Source: a bacterium (GTDB lineage Bacteria > Zhuqueibacterota > QNDG01 > JAFGCO01). Taken from it: a stretch of 64,000 nt of DNA. Made by a program: the position numbers and the translations under genes. Shown piece after piece: positions 20,051-30,689 of the stretch (its first letter is position 1; each line of letters begins with the position of its first letter). The DNA lies in contig JAFGCO010000006.1 of NCBI GenBank assembly GCA_016932575.1, positions 16,238 through 80,237 of the forward strand. Reading direction: 5' to 3'. The notes beneath the pieces are model-generated. The model saw only the letters and a list, made by a program, of their open reading frames with translations, was not told the DNA's origin and searched no databases.

Positions 20051-21062
20051 AAGCGTTCTCCTGTTGGCGCCGTTTCCGGGTGATTTTCAGCAGATTTTGA
20101 ATATACCGTTTTTTCGAAGCCTGGTAAATGGGCAGTTCAATGTGAAAGCTCGTGCCCTTGTTGCGCCCTTTGCTGTGTACAGAAATTCTGCCGCCATGAT
20201 ACCGGATGATTTCGCGCGTCCAATAAAGACCCAGGCCTGTCCCCTTGACATTTGGACTGTGGGGATCATGTGTTCGGTAGAATTTATCAAACACCTTTTT
20301 TTGATCCGATGCACATATGCCTATCCCCTGATCTTTATAATCGAGTGAAAATGTCCTTAGGCCACAATGCAAACGGATTGATATGTGTACTGAATCGGGA
20401 CTATATTTGATTGAATTGTCTATCAGATTGTCCAGTACAATTTTCAATGCATTGCGGTCTGCAACGCACCGGCATTCTCCCGATCCGCGGATCTGAACCG
20501 CATCCGAAGGCAGATTGAACTGTTCCATGGATTCCAGAACAAGCTCATGAATGAATGGAATGATTGGATAGACATCATAATTATGGGCGACTTTTTTTTG
20601 CTCCAGAGCCGGTATTTCAAGTATGGCATTGATCAGCTTGTTCAGGCGGGCTGTGTCTTTCAGCATCATATCGATAAATGCTTTTTGCCTTAATTTTGGA
20701 AGATGATGCAAATTCAGAGTCTCAAGGGCCAGCTGTATGGAAGCCAGAGGCGATTTTAATTCATGGGTGACATTGGCGATAAAATTATCATAGAGCCGCG
20801 CCAAATTAAGCTGCATATTCAATCGGTGAAAAAGCAGGGACATCAACACAGAAACCACAATCAGGAGTACCAAACCGCTGACCAGCACAAAAACATTACG
20901 GCCTTCCGAGATGATTTCAGCAGAGAATTTATCATCCACTTCACTGAAAATAATATAATTGGAGACGTACCAGTATATCCAGATACCGAGCAGCGAAAGG
21001 CTGGCAATTTGTGCCAGGACAAAGATAAAGATGGGATAAAAAAATGAGCGGGGATGTTTCAT
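20040..21062 (-). CDS. Membrane sensor histidine kinase (HisKA) with very short extracytoplasmic loop
   Basis: Two TM helices, THELKSPL, NLIDNSIKY, DQGIG, GTGLGL; overlaps the regulator gene. Confidence 0.93.
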   Translation of the reverse strand: MKHPRSFFYPIFIFVLAQIASLSLLGIWIYWYVSNYIIFSEVDDKFSAEIISEGRNVFVLVSGLVLLIVVSVLMSLLFHRLNMQLNLARLYDNFIANVTHELKSPLASIQLALETLNLHHLPKLRQKAFIDMMLKDTARLNKLINAILEIPALEQKKVAHNYDVYPIIPFIHELVLESMEQFNLPSDAVQIRGSGECRCVADRNALKIVLDNLIDNSIKYSPDSVHISIRLHCGLRTFSLDYKDQGIGICASDQKKVFDKFYRTHDPHSPNVKGTGLGLYWTREIIRYHGGRISVHSKGRNKGTSFHIELPIYQASKKRYIQNLLKITRKRRQQENAFEE

Positions 21063-21206
21063 TCAGAGATCCGCCGGTTTTACAGTACTTTTACAAATGA
21101 GGACTGTTTGAATCTGTATATTATAATATAAAATTTAAGGTGAATAAAAAAGCGTTTTTTTATTCACCAAAATCTTGATCATAATGAATTCCAGAAGGAG
21201 TGCAAT

Positions 21207-22685
21207 ATGAATATATTAATGGTTAATCCTGAGATGCCCTCAACATTCTGGAGTTTCAGAAATGCACTGAAATTTGTATCCAAGAAATCCTCGGAACCGC
21301 CGCTGGGATTACTGACAGTTGCTTCCATGCTGCCGAAACACTGGGAAGTCAAATTGATCGATATGAATGTATGTGTATTGAAAAACCGGGATTTGGATTG
21401 GGCTGACTTTGTATTTCTTACCGGAATGAATGTACAACGCAAATCGTTTCAGGATGTTGTGTCGAGATGTCAATCCCGGGGCGTCAAGATTGTCGCCGGG
21501 GGACCTATGGTGACCACCGAAAGTGAAACATTCACCGGAATCGACCATTTGATTTTAAATGAAGCAGAAGAAACCCTTCCCGGATTTTTCAGAGATCTTG
21601 AGGATGGATGTGCGAAGCCCGTCTATGCTTCCGGCCACTTTCCGGAACTTCAAAAAACGCCTTTGCCGAGATGGGATCTTCTGGATAAAAAGAAATATGC
21701 CAGTATAAGTGTACAGTATTCTCGCGGTTGTCCGTTCGATTGTGAATTTTGCACGATTCCTCTTTTGAACGGACACAAGCCGCGGACCAAGAGTTCAGAA
21801 CAGTTTATAAGCGAACTGAATTCGCTCTACCGGATCGGATGGCGGGGGCCCGTTTTTATTGTGGATGACAATTTGATCGGTCATAAAAGACGGTTGAAGC
21901 ACGATCTGCTGCCTGCCTTAATTCAGTGGTCGGAAGCCAAAAAATATCCGTTCCGGTTTACGGCTGAAGTCTCCATGAATCTGGCGGATGATGAGACCCT
22001 GATTCAAATGCTGGTGCAGGCCGGATTTGAGCATGTATTTATCGGTGTTGAAACGCCGAACGACGAGAGCCTGGCGGAATGCGGAAAATCCCAAAATTTA
22101 AACCGGGATATGACAGTCTCCGTGCGTCAGCTTCAAAAACAGGGGCTCCGCGTTTCCGGAGGATTTATTGTGGGATTCGATCATGATCCACCTTCCATAT
22201 TCGAAAAGCAAATTCAGTTTATTAAAAAGAGCGGAATTGTCACAGCTATGGTCGGTATACTGAACGCCCCGACCGGTTCCAAATTGTTTCACCGGATGAA
22301 ATCGGAAAAAAGGCTGCTGGGTGTTATGAGCGGGGACAATATGGATGGATCCACCAATTTTATTCCCAAAATGCATCCGACAAAATTGAGCGAAGGGTAT
22401 AAGAAGATACTGAGAACTATCTATTCTCCACGAGAATACTATGAGCGGGTGAAATCCATGATGCAGGACTTTCATCCTTTCCCGGAAATGAAGCCCAGGA
22501 TTACCTGGAATGATATCGGGGCGCTTCTGAAATCAATGTGGATTCTGGGTGTATTGGAAAAAGGGAAACGCTATTACTGGAAACTATTTTTATACAGTCT
22601 GTTTCAATGTCCTAAAAAATTTCCTCTGGCCATTACCCTGCTGATTTACGGATTTCATTTCAGAAAAATTGCAGAATCGATTTAA
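21207..22685 (+). CDS. B12-binding-domain radical SAM protein (DUF4070-type C-terminus)
   Basis: PPLGLLTVA, SRGCPFDCEFC (CxxxCxxC), VDDN, FIVGFDHD, GFHFRK end. Confidence 0.9.
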   Translation: MNILMVNPEMPSTFWSFRNALKFVSKKSSEPPLGLLTVASMLPKHWEVKLIDMNVCVLKNRDLDWADFVFLTGMNVQRKSFQDVVSRCQSRGVKIVAGGPMVTTESETFTGIDHLILNEAEETLPGFFRDLEDGCAKPVYASGHFPELQKTPLPRWDLLDKKKYASISVQYSRGCPFDCEFCTIPLLNGHKPRTKSSEQFISELNSLYRIGWRGPVFIVDDNLIGHKRRLKHDLLPALIQWSEAKKYPFRFTAEVSMNLADDETLIQMLVQAGFEHVFIGVETPNDESLAECGKSQNLNRDMTVSVRQLQKQGLRVSGGFIVGFDHDPPSIFEKQIQFIKKSGIVTAMVGILNAPTGSKLFHRMKSEKRLLGVMSGDNMDGSTNFIPKMHPTKLSEGYKKILRTIYSPREYYERVKSMMQDFHPFPEMKPRITWNDIGALLKSMWILGVLEKGKRYYWKLFLYSLFQCPKKFPLAITLLIYGFHFRKIAESI

Positions 22686-22763
22686 TCTCATTTATTAAAC
22701 AAATTATCGTCGCTCAATAGCATATTGATTTTTTCAGGTAAATAACTGCAAAAAAGGAGTCTT

Positions 22764-23882
22764 ATGGCAAGTTTAATCATCGCTCCCTTGAAAATTGGTT
22801 CTGTGAGCGCGCCCATCCCGATCATTCAGGGTGGTATGGGTGTGGGCATATCAGGCGCCGGACTGGCCTCGGCTGTTGCCAACGAGGGCGGTATCGGCGT
22901 TGTTTCCGCAGTGGGCTTGGGATTTCATGAACCGGATTTTAACACACATTTCAAGGACGCCAATAAACGTGCGTTAAAGCATGAGATCCAGAAAGCACGT
23001 GAAAAAACAGATGGTTTGATCGGCGTGAACATCATGGTTGCCTTATCCGATTATGACAATTTAATGGAGGGGGCTGTGGAGGAGAACGCGGATTTTTTGT
23101 TTCTCGGTGCAGGATTGCCGCTCAAATTTTCTGAAGCCTTTCCTCCGGAGCGCTTGAAAACCATGAACACAAAAATTGTTCCGATTGTTTCCTCAGCCAA
23201 AGCTGTGCAGGTAATTTTTAATTTCTGGCAGAAGCGGTTTAATCATATTCCCGACGGGGTGGTTGTTGAAGGGCCTTTGGCCGGCGGACATCTCGGATTC
23301 AGAATGGAGCAGATTGAAAATCCGGACTATGCTTTGGAAAAATTGGTTCCCGATGTGGTCCGTACAATTCAGCCTTTTCAGCAGACTTTCGGAAAGGAAA
23401 TTCCTGTGATTGCCGGCGGCGGCATCTATACAGGCGAAGATATTTTTCGTATGCTGGAATTAGGCGCTCAGGGTGTGCAAATGGGCACCCGGTTTGTGGC
23501 AACGCATGAATGTGACGCAGATATCCGATTCAAAGAGGCATATATTCAAGCCGAGGCGGAGGATATTGTAATTATTCAAAGTCCGGTCGGACTACCGGGC
23601 CGGGCGATAAAAAACACATTTTTAAAGGATGTGTTTGCGGGAGTCAAAAAACCGTTTCAATGCCCGTGGAAATGCCTGCGCACCTGTAATTACCGGGAAT
23701 CCCCTTACTGTATTGCCGCTGCATTGACGCAAGCCAAAGACGGACGGCTGAAAAACGGATTTGCCTTTGCCGGAGCGAATGTCTGGCGTGTAAATAAAAT
23801 TGTCTCGGTAAAGGTGCTTATAAAATCGTTGCTCCAGGAATACAATAAAATGGTTATGGCAGGCGCGGCAGCAGATGAATGA
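22764..23882 (+). CDS. Nitronate monooxygenase / FabK-like flavoprotein
   Basis: IIQGGMGVG, VEGPLAGGHLG, GVQMGTRF, SPVGLPGR, C..KC..TC....YC. Confidence 0.88.
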   Translation: MASLIIAPLKIGSVSAPIPIIQGGMGVGISGAGLASAVANEGGIGVVSAVGLGFHEPDFNTHFKDANKRALKHEIQKAREKTDGLIGVNIMVALSDYDNLMEGAVEENADFLFLGAGLPLKFSEAFPPERLKTMNTKIVPIVSSAKAVQVIFNFWQKRFNHIPDGVVVEGPLAGGHLGFRMEQIENPDYALEKLVPDVVRTIQPFQQTFGKEIPVIAGGGIYTGEDIFRMLELGAQGVQMGTRFVATHECDADIRFKEAYIQAEAEDIVIIQSPVGLPGRAIKNTFLKDVFAGVKKPFQCPWKCLRTCNYRESPYCIAAALTQAKDGRLKNGFAFAGANVWRVNKIVSVKVLIKSLLQEYNKMVMAGAAADE

Positions 23883-24020
23883 CTTTATCTCAGGGTGTCA
23901 TGATAAAACCGGATGTGATAAGCCATCGCATTTCCCCTTTCGGAATTGGTGAAAGATATCTTCGGATTTGATTTGAATTTTTCCAAAGTAGTGAAAGAAT
24001 ATTTGACATTGAACAAATCT

Positions 24021-24821
24021 ATGTGCTACCTGATCATGTTGTTAATAGTTTGGCTGAGCCTAATTATATTTGATTTTAATTTGTTTGCTCAGAATGGAGA
24101 GAAGATGTTTCCGGATATGGAATTGGTTTTTATTGAGGGGAATGTAATATCAGAGAGTCATTGCAGTGATCATGCATATACTTCCAGTCCTGTTGTCGAA
24201 AGTTTCATGATGGGAAAATTTGAGGTAAATCAAGATCAGTGGTTATGGGTTATGTATTCGTTTAATCCATCCCAGTTTAAAGGATTTAATCAACCGGTTG
24301 AAAATGTCAGTTGGTATGATGCGATTCAATTCTGCAATTCGTTAAGTCATATGGAAGCGGTTGATCCATTCTATAATATTGATGGTATCAAAATTACACG
24401 AAATTTGAATTCAAGCGGATACAGACTACCGACTGAAGCTGAATGGGAATATGCGGCCCGGGGCGGCAAATGGTGCCATTCCTACCGATACAGTGGGAGT
24501 GACAGTGCTAAGGAAGTAGCCTGGTACGCCGAAAATTCAAATAACATGTCCCACAATATCGGTCAGAAAAGTCCGAATGAACTGGGGATTTATGATTTTA
24601 GCGGGAATGTGTGGGAGTGGTGTTGGGATGGTATCGGGAACGAGGTCACGACCTCGTTGATAGGCATTCAAAAAGATTCTGAAAAGTTATTTCGGGTGAT
24701 ACGGGGTGGTGGCTGGCAATGTCACTCGGATTCGCTGGGAATTACCAATTACAAGAATTTTCAATCTTCGGAAAGGCGTAGTGATTTGGGATTCAGGATA
24801 TGCAGATCAATTCATAAGTAA
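24021..24821 (+). CDS. SUMF1/FGE-sulfatase-domain (C-type lectin-like) exported protein
   Basis: PVENVSWYDA, YRLPTEAEWEYAARGG, PNELGIYD.SGNVWEWC, RGGGW, GFR; hydrophobic N-terminus. Confidence 0.85.
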   Translation: MCYLIMLLIVWLSLIIFDFNLFAQNGEKMFPDMELVFIEGNVISESHCSDHAYTSSPVVESFMMGKFEVNQDQWLWVMYSFNPSQFKGFNQPVENVSWYDAIQFCNSLSHMEAVDPFYNIDGIKITRNLNSSGYRLPTEAEWEYAARGGKWCHSYRYSGSDSAKEVAWYAENSNNMSHNIGQKSPNELGIYDFSGNVWEWCWDGIGNEVTTSLIGIQKDSEKLFRVIRGGGWQCHSDSLGITNYKNFQSSERRSDLGFRICRSIHK

Positions 24822-24904
24822 AGGTTAACTATATTAAATGAGCCCCATTGGATTCTGAACTGGGTTTTAAAAAGAAGCATATGGGAATTGAAATATTGAG
24901 ACCA

Positions 24905-26353
24905 CTAATACTTGCGTCGTTTCCTTGTTCTGTTTTTATCACCAGAATCCTTGGATTTTGGGGAGTCTGATTTGTTGTTCGCTGGCTGAGATACTGGTGC
25001 ATGAAGCATTTGCTGGTAATAATCGTCCAGCAGCATGGCGATAATGGCTGACTCGTCTTCGCTTTCCGCAAGGGCGCGTCCCAGCGCCTTGAATCGCCTG
25101 CTGCGTTCAGTTTTTAATTTATCCCGGTCACGAAGACGGGCTTCGAGCAGAGCGGTCAGGCGTTCGGTAACCACAGTTTGTACATCAGCGTCTGTGGGCA
25201 GAGGCCATTCCTGCATGTCAATATTGTATCGTTTCACAATCCGGTTCAGCATAAATTTTTCCTTTTGATTCACCATAGCGATAGCGACACCCGTTGCACC
25301 CGCACGGCCTGTACGCCCGGCACGGTGAATATACACTTCAAAATCTTCAGGAATCTGATATTGAAATACATGTGAAAGGCTGGGAATGTCCAATCCGCGA
25401 GCTGCTACATCCGTTGCCACCAGGAAACGAAGTGTTCCCTGGCGTACCAGGGCCAGTACCCGTTCCCGGTGTTTTTGAGACAAATCGGAGGTCAATTCGT
25501 CCGCGTCGTATCCGAACCGCTGTAAAACAGTCGTGACATAATGCACTTCAGCCTTGGTGTTGCAAAAAATAATGGCCGAAGACGGATTTTCAATTTCTAT
25601 GATGCGGATGAGGCTGCGATCTTTATCCATGCCAGGAACTGTATAAAAGACATGAGTCGTGTCTGTGACATGCACATGGTCTTCACTGAGAGAGAGGAAC
25701 TCGGGTGCATGTATAAATTCTTCGGCGATGGTTCGCACCTGGGGAGGAAAGGTGGCAGAGAACATGCAGGTGTGCAGGTGCTTTGGCAAATGCCCCTTCA
25801 ATTTGATCATATCCGGATAAAATCCCATGGAAAGCATGCGGTCTGCCTCATCAAAGATGAGCATTGTCAAATGTTTCGAATCCAGATTCTTCTTTAAAAG
25901 ATGGTCTAAAATCCGTCCGGGGGTTCCAACAACAATATGCGTACCCTTTGTTAAAGCCTGGATCTGAGCCTTGTACCCCACGCCGCCATAAACTGCCGCA
26001 GTGCGGAGCCCCTGGTTTCCCAGCAGTATTTCCGTTTCCCGCCAGACTTGTTTGGCTAGCTCTCGGGTTGGCACCAGAATGAGTGATTGACAATGCGGCC
26101 GGGAAGCATCCAACAGCTCCAGCATAGGCAAAATGAAAGCGCCGGTTTTACCACTGCCCGTCCGTGCCTGAATTATCATATTTCTTTTTGCCAGAAGATA
26201 AGGAACAGCACGGGCTTGAACAGGCATAAGAGAAGACCAGCCGACGCGGGCCGCGGCTTCCTGCAATGCACGCGGCAGTTCTTCCAGAGTCACATTCGAC
26301 AAGGACCGGTTCGATGGATTCACAGTCACCTCGCCTTCATTATTTACTTTCAT
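24905..26353 (-). CDS. DEAD-box RNA helicase
   Basis: TGSGKT, PTRELA, TPGR, DEAD, SAT, ARGLD, HRAGRTGR. Confidence 0.95.
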   Translation of the reverse strand: MKVNNEGEVTVNPSNRSLSNVTLEELPRALQEAAARVGWSSLMPVQARAVPYLLAKRNMIIQARTGSGKTGAFILPMLELLDASRPHCQSLILVPTRELAKQVWRETEILLGNQGLRTAAVYGGVGYKAQIQALTKGTHIVVGTPGRILDHLLKKNLDSKHLTMLIFDEADRMLSMGFYPDMIKLKGHLPKHLHTCMFSATFPPQVRTIAEEFIHAPEFLSLSEDHVHVTDTTHVFYTVPGMDKDRSLIRIIEIENPSSAIIFCNTKAEVHYVTTVLQRFGYDADELTSDLSQKHRERVLALVRQGTLRFLVATDVAARGLDIPSLSHVFQYQIPEDFEVYIHRAGRTGRAGATGVAIAMVNQKEKFMLNRIVKRYNIDMQEWPLPTDADVQTVVTERLTALLEARLRDRDKLKTERSRRFKALGRALAESEDESAIIAMLLDDYYQQMLHAPVSQPANNKSDSPKSKDSGDKNRTRKRRKY

Positions 26354-26436
26354 CTTTGGATTTCCACTTGATTCATTTCTCGACGAACACATGGATAACA
26401 GTATCGGCTTCGAGCCAAATGCCCTTTAATTCAGCC

Positions 26437-26850
26437 TTAATGGGCATGACTGTGTGAAATTTCTTCAGGGGCGACATCCCGAACGGATTCTATCCGGACA
26501 TCGAAATGAAGGGTTTGTCCGGTCAGAGGATGATTGGCATTCACCGTGACTCCCTGGTCATCTACCTCCTGAACTAACAGTAACCGGACACTCACATCCG
26601 CTGCGGAGGGTTGCAGCTGCATGCCGGGTTGGACTTTGCCGACTTCCTTGAATACATGATGCGGGAGTTTCTGAATTAAATCCGGATTGGGTTTGCCGTA
26701 TGCCTTTTCAGGCGGTACAATGACTTGAAGGTGATCTCCCTCATTTTTCCCGGTCAGTTCCTTCTCCAGCCCCGGAATCAGTTTGTTCATGCCGTGTAAA
26801 CAGGTAAACGGCTCCCGGCTTTCCGAAGAATCCAGTGTTTTTCCCTGATT
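26437..26850 (-). pseudogene. slyD: SlyD-type FKBP peptidyl-prolyl isomerase, 5'-truncated
   Basis: DNQGKTLDSS...P...LHG...LIPGLEK.L.G...G....V.VPPE.AYG...NHPL.G.TLHFDV...HSHAH. SlyD similarity begins exactly at the asd stop codon, with no start codon, RBS or first beta-strand. Confidence 0.7.
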
Positions 26851-27934
26851 ATCCGATATATCCTTTGCTGACCAAAAGTTCGGCTGTGAGTACCGAACCG
26901 CCGGCCGCGCCGCGAAGTGTATTATGGGACAGGGCAATAAATTTCCAGTCGAGAATCGTATCCTCCCGGAATCTTCCGGCAGTGACGCACATGCCGTGCC
27001 CCAGATCACGGTCCAACCGGGTCTGCGGACGATCGTCTTCTTCACAATAGACCAGAAATTTTTCGGGCGATGAGGGTAGATCCAGATCTGCAATCGGATT
27101 TTGATAATTTTGAATTGCGCTGATTATCTGATCCAGCATCGGTTTGATCCTGAACGCTGCATTCACAGCGACCAGATGCCCATCCGAAACCGGAACACGC
27201 ACGCAATTCGCAGAGATGACCGGTTTTTCTGCCAGAACCAGTTGGTCACCTTTCAACCTGCCCCAGATTTTTAAGGGCTCATCTTCGCTTTTCTTTTCTT
27301 CACCGGCAATATAGGGAATGACATTATCGATGATTTCGGGAGCCGTATCCAAAGTTTTCCCGCCACCTGATATGGCCTGATAGGTCGATACAATCACTTT
27401 TTCCGGTCCGAATGATTTCAGTGCGTCCAGAACAGGAACATAAGATTGAATTGAACAGTTGGGTTTCACAACAATCAATCCCCTGCTCCATCCGCGGTTC
27501 CGACGTTGAATGTCGATCAATGCGATATGCTGATGATTGATTTCAGGCATTAGCATGGGGACGTCTTCGGTCCAACGATGGGCGGAATTATTGGAAACCA
27601 CAGGCACATCTTTCGCGGCATACATGATTTCGATATCGCGCACCTTAACCTTATCCATGCTCAAAGCCGAAAATACGAAATCCGACCGATCGGCGACAGT
27701 GTCCACGTCCTTTTCCACTTCATAAACGGAGAGATCTCTGACAGCGTCCGGAATGTCCGTTTCCTGTGACCACCGGCCCGCAACCGCCTCTTTATAGGAT
27801 TTGTTTGCAGATCGGCTGGAGGCGGCCACGCAGCTGACCTGAAACCAGGGATGATCCGCCAGCAGCCTGATGAATTTCTGACCGACGGTTCCTGTTGCTC
27901 CCAGAATGCCCACTTTAAATTTTTTTGTAATCAT
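26849..27934 (-). CDS. asd: Aspartate-semialdehyde dehydrogenase (asd_EA-like type)
   Basis: GILGATGTVGQ...HPWF, KPNCS (catalytic Cys), QAISGGG, RVPV.DGH, HNTLRGAAG. Confidence 0.95.
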   Translation of the reverse strand: MITKKFKVGILGATGTVGQKFIRLLADHPWFQVSCVAASSRSANKSYKEAVAGRWSQETDIPDAVRDLSVYEVEKDVDTVADRSDFVFSALSMDKVKVRDIEIMYAAKDVPVVSNNSAHRWTEDVPMLMPEINHQHIALIDIQRRNRGWSRGLIVVKPNCSIQSYVPVLDALKSFGPEKVIVSTYQAISGGGKTLDTAPEIIDNVIPYIAGEEKKSEDEPLKIWGRLKGDQLVLAEKPVISANCVRVPVSDGHLVAVNAAFRIKPMLDQIISAIQNYQNPIADLDLPSSPEKFLVYCEEDDRPQTRLDRDLGHGMCVTAGRFREDTILDWKFIALSHNTLRGAAGGSVLTAELLVSKGYIG

Positions 27935-28044
27935 AGATGACTCCGATATTTTTACACCTTTTGCAACCGGTCAAATAATTCTTTTATCATACGGGCTTTT
28001 TGCATTATGGCGGTGTTATTCTGATGAATGATCCGTGAACAATA

Positions 28045-30495
28045 TCAGGAAAGATAATTTGCGATCCGGATAATATCTGCAAATACTCCGGCTGCGGTCA
28101 CTTCCGCGCCTGCGCCCGGTCCCTTAATAACCAGAGGTAATTCATGATAGCGTTCAGTGGTCAATACCACCATATTGTCGCTGCCCGTCAATGCATAAAA
28201 GGGATGGCTTTTATCAATCGCTTTCAAACTGACCGTGGCCTGACCGTTTTCCAATGTGGCAATATATCGCAGAACCTGATCCTGACCGGCTGCTTTATCT
28301 CTTTTTTTCGCAAACTGCGGGTCCGCCTTTTCCAGCGCCTGAAAGAAACTCTTGACATCTCCGGCTTTCTGGCAGGATTCTGGAAGAATATTTTCCAGCC
28401 GAACCTGCTCGGATTCGAGGATCAGTCCGGTTTCACGGGCGAGAATCAGTATTTTTCTGGCCACGTCCAAACCGTTCATGTCATCCCGGGGATCCGGTTC
28501 GGACAATCCTTTGGCTTTGGCTTCTTTGACAATATCACTGAATTTTTTCTCTCCAGTAAATGAGTTGAAGATATAACTCAGTGTTCCGGACAGGATGGCT
28601 TCGATTTTTACAATTGTATCTCCGGAGCTGACCAGATCATTTAATGTGCTGATCACGGGAAGGCCGGCACCCACATTGGCTTCATAGAGAAATTTTACCC
28701 CTTTTTGTGCAGCCGTATCCCTCAGATCTTTGTATCTGGAATAAGGTCCCGAGTTGGCGATTTTATTCGGTGTTACAATCGAAATGCTGGCACTCAGGAT
28801 TTGTTTGTAATAATCAACGACGTCAGCGCTCCCTGTGCAATCCGCAAACACGGTGTTCGGGAGATTCATGTTCAGCATTTTGGTGATATATGCATGCAGG
28901 TCCATTCGAGGACCGTTTTTCAATATATTCTGCCAATTGCCGGTGTCGATAGGTGTTGAGTCCAGAATCATATGATCAATATCACCGATTCCCATCAGAC
29001 GAATATCCAGAGCTTTTTCAGATCGAAGCTTGCTTTGCTGATTTCCCATTTGTTTCAGAAGGGTCGATCCAATCAGGCCCGTACCGATGATAAATACGTG
29101 CAGCGATTTGGTATCAGAAAGAAAAAATGCCTCATGGAGCGCGTTAAGGGCCTTGGCTTCATCTTCGTCGGCAATCACCACTGAAATGTTCAATTCCGAA
29201 GATCCCTGGGCAATGGCCTGGACGTTTACGCCATTTTTCGCCAGCGCCTGAAAAAGACGAGAGGCGATTCCCGGTGTCCGGCGCATATTTTCTCCAACCA
29301 CTGCGACAATGGATACCCCGGTTTCAACATTAACCCGGTCCATATGTCCGGCGGATATTTCAAATGCGAATTCTTCTTCAATGGCCTTTTTGGCTGCATC
29401 TGCTTGGTTGGGCGCTATCGCAAAACAGATGGAATGTTCGGATGAGGCCTGTGTGATCAGAATGACATTGATTGCATTTTTTGCCAAAGCGCCGAACAGC
29501 CGTTTTGCAATACCAACAACTCCCATCATACCGCTACCCTGCACGCTGAGCAAAGCGGTTTGGTCGATTGAGGAGATGCCGCGCACAGGCTGATCTGAAT
29601 CCAAACCGGATCCGACAATGGTTCCTTTAAAGTCCGCATGAAAAATATTGCGAATATAAATCGGAATGTTGTGCTGTGCAGCCGGAATCATGGCAGGAGG
29701 GAAAATTAATTTTGCTCCGAAATGGGAGAGTTCCATGGCTTCGTCCCAGCTTAAGTGGTCAATTGGAAACGCTTTGGCTACCTTTTTGGGATCAGCGGTC
29801 ATGATTCCATCCACATCAGTCCAGATTTCCACGGCTTCGGCTTTCAGGGCTGCTCCTATAAGGGTGGCAGTGTAGTCAGAGCCACCCCGGCCCAGTGTGG
29901 TAATCTCGCCCTTTGAAGTCATCCCGATAAATCCTGGTACAATGGGAACTTTTGTTTTGCCGCTTAATTGTTTCTGAACGTTGCTGATGGTAGACTCCCA
30001 CTCGATTTTGGCTTTTCCGAACTGGTCATCTGTCGCGATCAGCGTACGCGGATCTATCAATTCAACAGGGATGGATCTCGCGCTCAGACAACCGACAAGA
30101 ATGACAGAGGCGAGTCTTTCACCAAAGCTCAGAATCAAATCAAGAGATTTTGGGGAAAGTTCCTTGAGCAGATGGACACCATGAATGGCATCTTTTAATG
30201 CGGACAGCAGTGATTCTGTATCATTGATCGTGTCTTTCTGCTTTGATTCAGGGATAAATGCCTGAATAACCTCAATATGTCGTTTTTGAATCACTTCAAG
30301 AGTTTGCAAATATGCATCATCTGAATTAACGGCGCTTTGGCTTAACTGCATCAGTTGATCGGTTACGCCGCCAAATGCGGAGAGAATAAGAACGATATCA
30401 GAATCGGATTGAATGGTCTTTTCCAGTCGGAGAAGCACACGTTCAATTTGTTGAATCCCGGTTAATGTTGAGCCGCCAAATTTCAATACTTTCAT
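28045..30495 (-). CDS. thrA: Bifunctional aspartate kinase / homoserine dehydrogenase I
   Basis: MKVLKFGGS, TTLGRGGSD, two ACT domains (QASSEHS, QGSSELN), GTGLIG, YEANVGAGLP, GPGAG; start at ATG 30495. Confidence 0.96.
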   Translation of the reverse strand: MKVLKFGGSTLTGIQQIERVLLRLEKTIQSDSDIVLILSAFGGVTDQLMQLSQSAVNSDDAYLQTLEVIQKRHIEVIQAFIPESKQKDTINDTESLLSALKDAIHGVHLLKELSPKSLDLILSFGERLASVILVGCLSARSIPVELIDPRTLIATDDQFGKAKIEWESTISNVQKQLSGKTKVPIVPGFIGMTSKGEITTLGRGGSDYTATLIGAALKAEAVEIWTDVDGIMTADPKKVAKAFPIDHLSWDEAMELSHFGAKLIFPPAMIPAAQHNIPIYIRNIFHADFKGTIVGSGLDSDQPVRGISSIDQTALLSVQGSGMMGVVGIAKRLFGALAKNAINVILITQASSEHSICFAIAPNQADAAKKAIEEEFAFEISAGHMDRVNVETGVSIVAVVGENMRRTPGIASRLFQALAKNGVNVQAIAQGSSELNISVVIADEDEAKALNALHEAFFLSDTKSLHVFIIGTGLIGSTLLKQMGNQQSKLRSEKALDIRLMGIGDIDHMILDSTPIDTGNWQNILKNGPRMDLHAYITKMLNMNLPNTVFADCTGSADVVDYYKQILSASISIVTPNKIANSGPYSRYKDLRDTAAQKGVKFLYEANVGAGLPVISTLNDLVSSGDTIVKIEAILSGTLSYIFNSFTGEKKFSDIVKEAKAKGLSEPDPRDDMNGLDVARKILILARETGLILESEQVRLENILPESCQKAGDVKSFFQALEKADPQFAKKRDKAAGQDQVLRYIATLENGQATVSLKAIDKSHPFYALTGSDNMVVLTTERYHELPLVIKGPGAGAEVTAAGVFADIIRIANYLS

Positions 30496-30535
30496 GATGT
30501 TGCCTGTCTGTTTATTCATACAATGAATGACAGGA

Positions 30536-30564
30536 AATATACAAAAAAAACACTGAGAAGACAA
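30536..30564 (-). promoter_or_regulatory. Possible sigma-70 promoter of thrA
   Basis: Minus strand TTGTCT-N17-TATATT about 40 bp upstream of the ATG. Confidence 0.4.
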
Positions 30565-30689
30565 GGAATAGATGGCAGGATTTATTTGAATTGGCCAATC
30601 GAAGCCGGGCTTTTTTTATATGCGATATTTCACGCCGGATAATGCTTGTAAAAGGTTTCCAACTCGTGTTTATTTTAACGGCCGGATTG

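Noticed and set aside
21063-21206. Cobalamin riboswitch upstream of the B12 radical SAM gene
   Set aside because: Region is short and AT-rich, with no B12-box motif.
24021-24821. FGE-sulfatase/CLec protein as a diversity-generating retroelement target
   Set aside because: No reverse transcriptase, avd or template repeat resembling its 3' end seen in the window.
26850-27093. N-terminal extension of slyD overlapping asd
   Set aside because: An alternative frame of asd with no FKBP similarity and no RBS.
30496-30689. thr attenuator or lysine riboswitch upstream of thrA
   Set aside because: No Thr/Ile-rich leader peptide or correctly oriented terminator. The inverted repeat at 30503-30534 overlaps the predicted transcription start, so it is unlikely to form as RNA.
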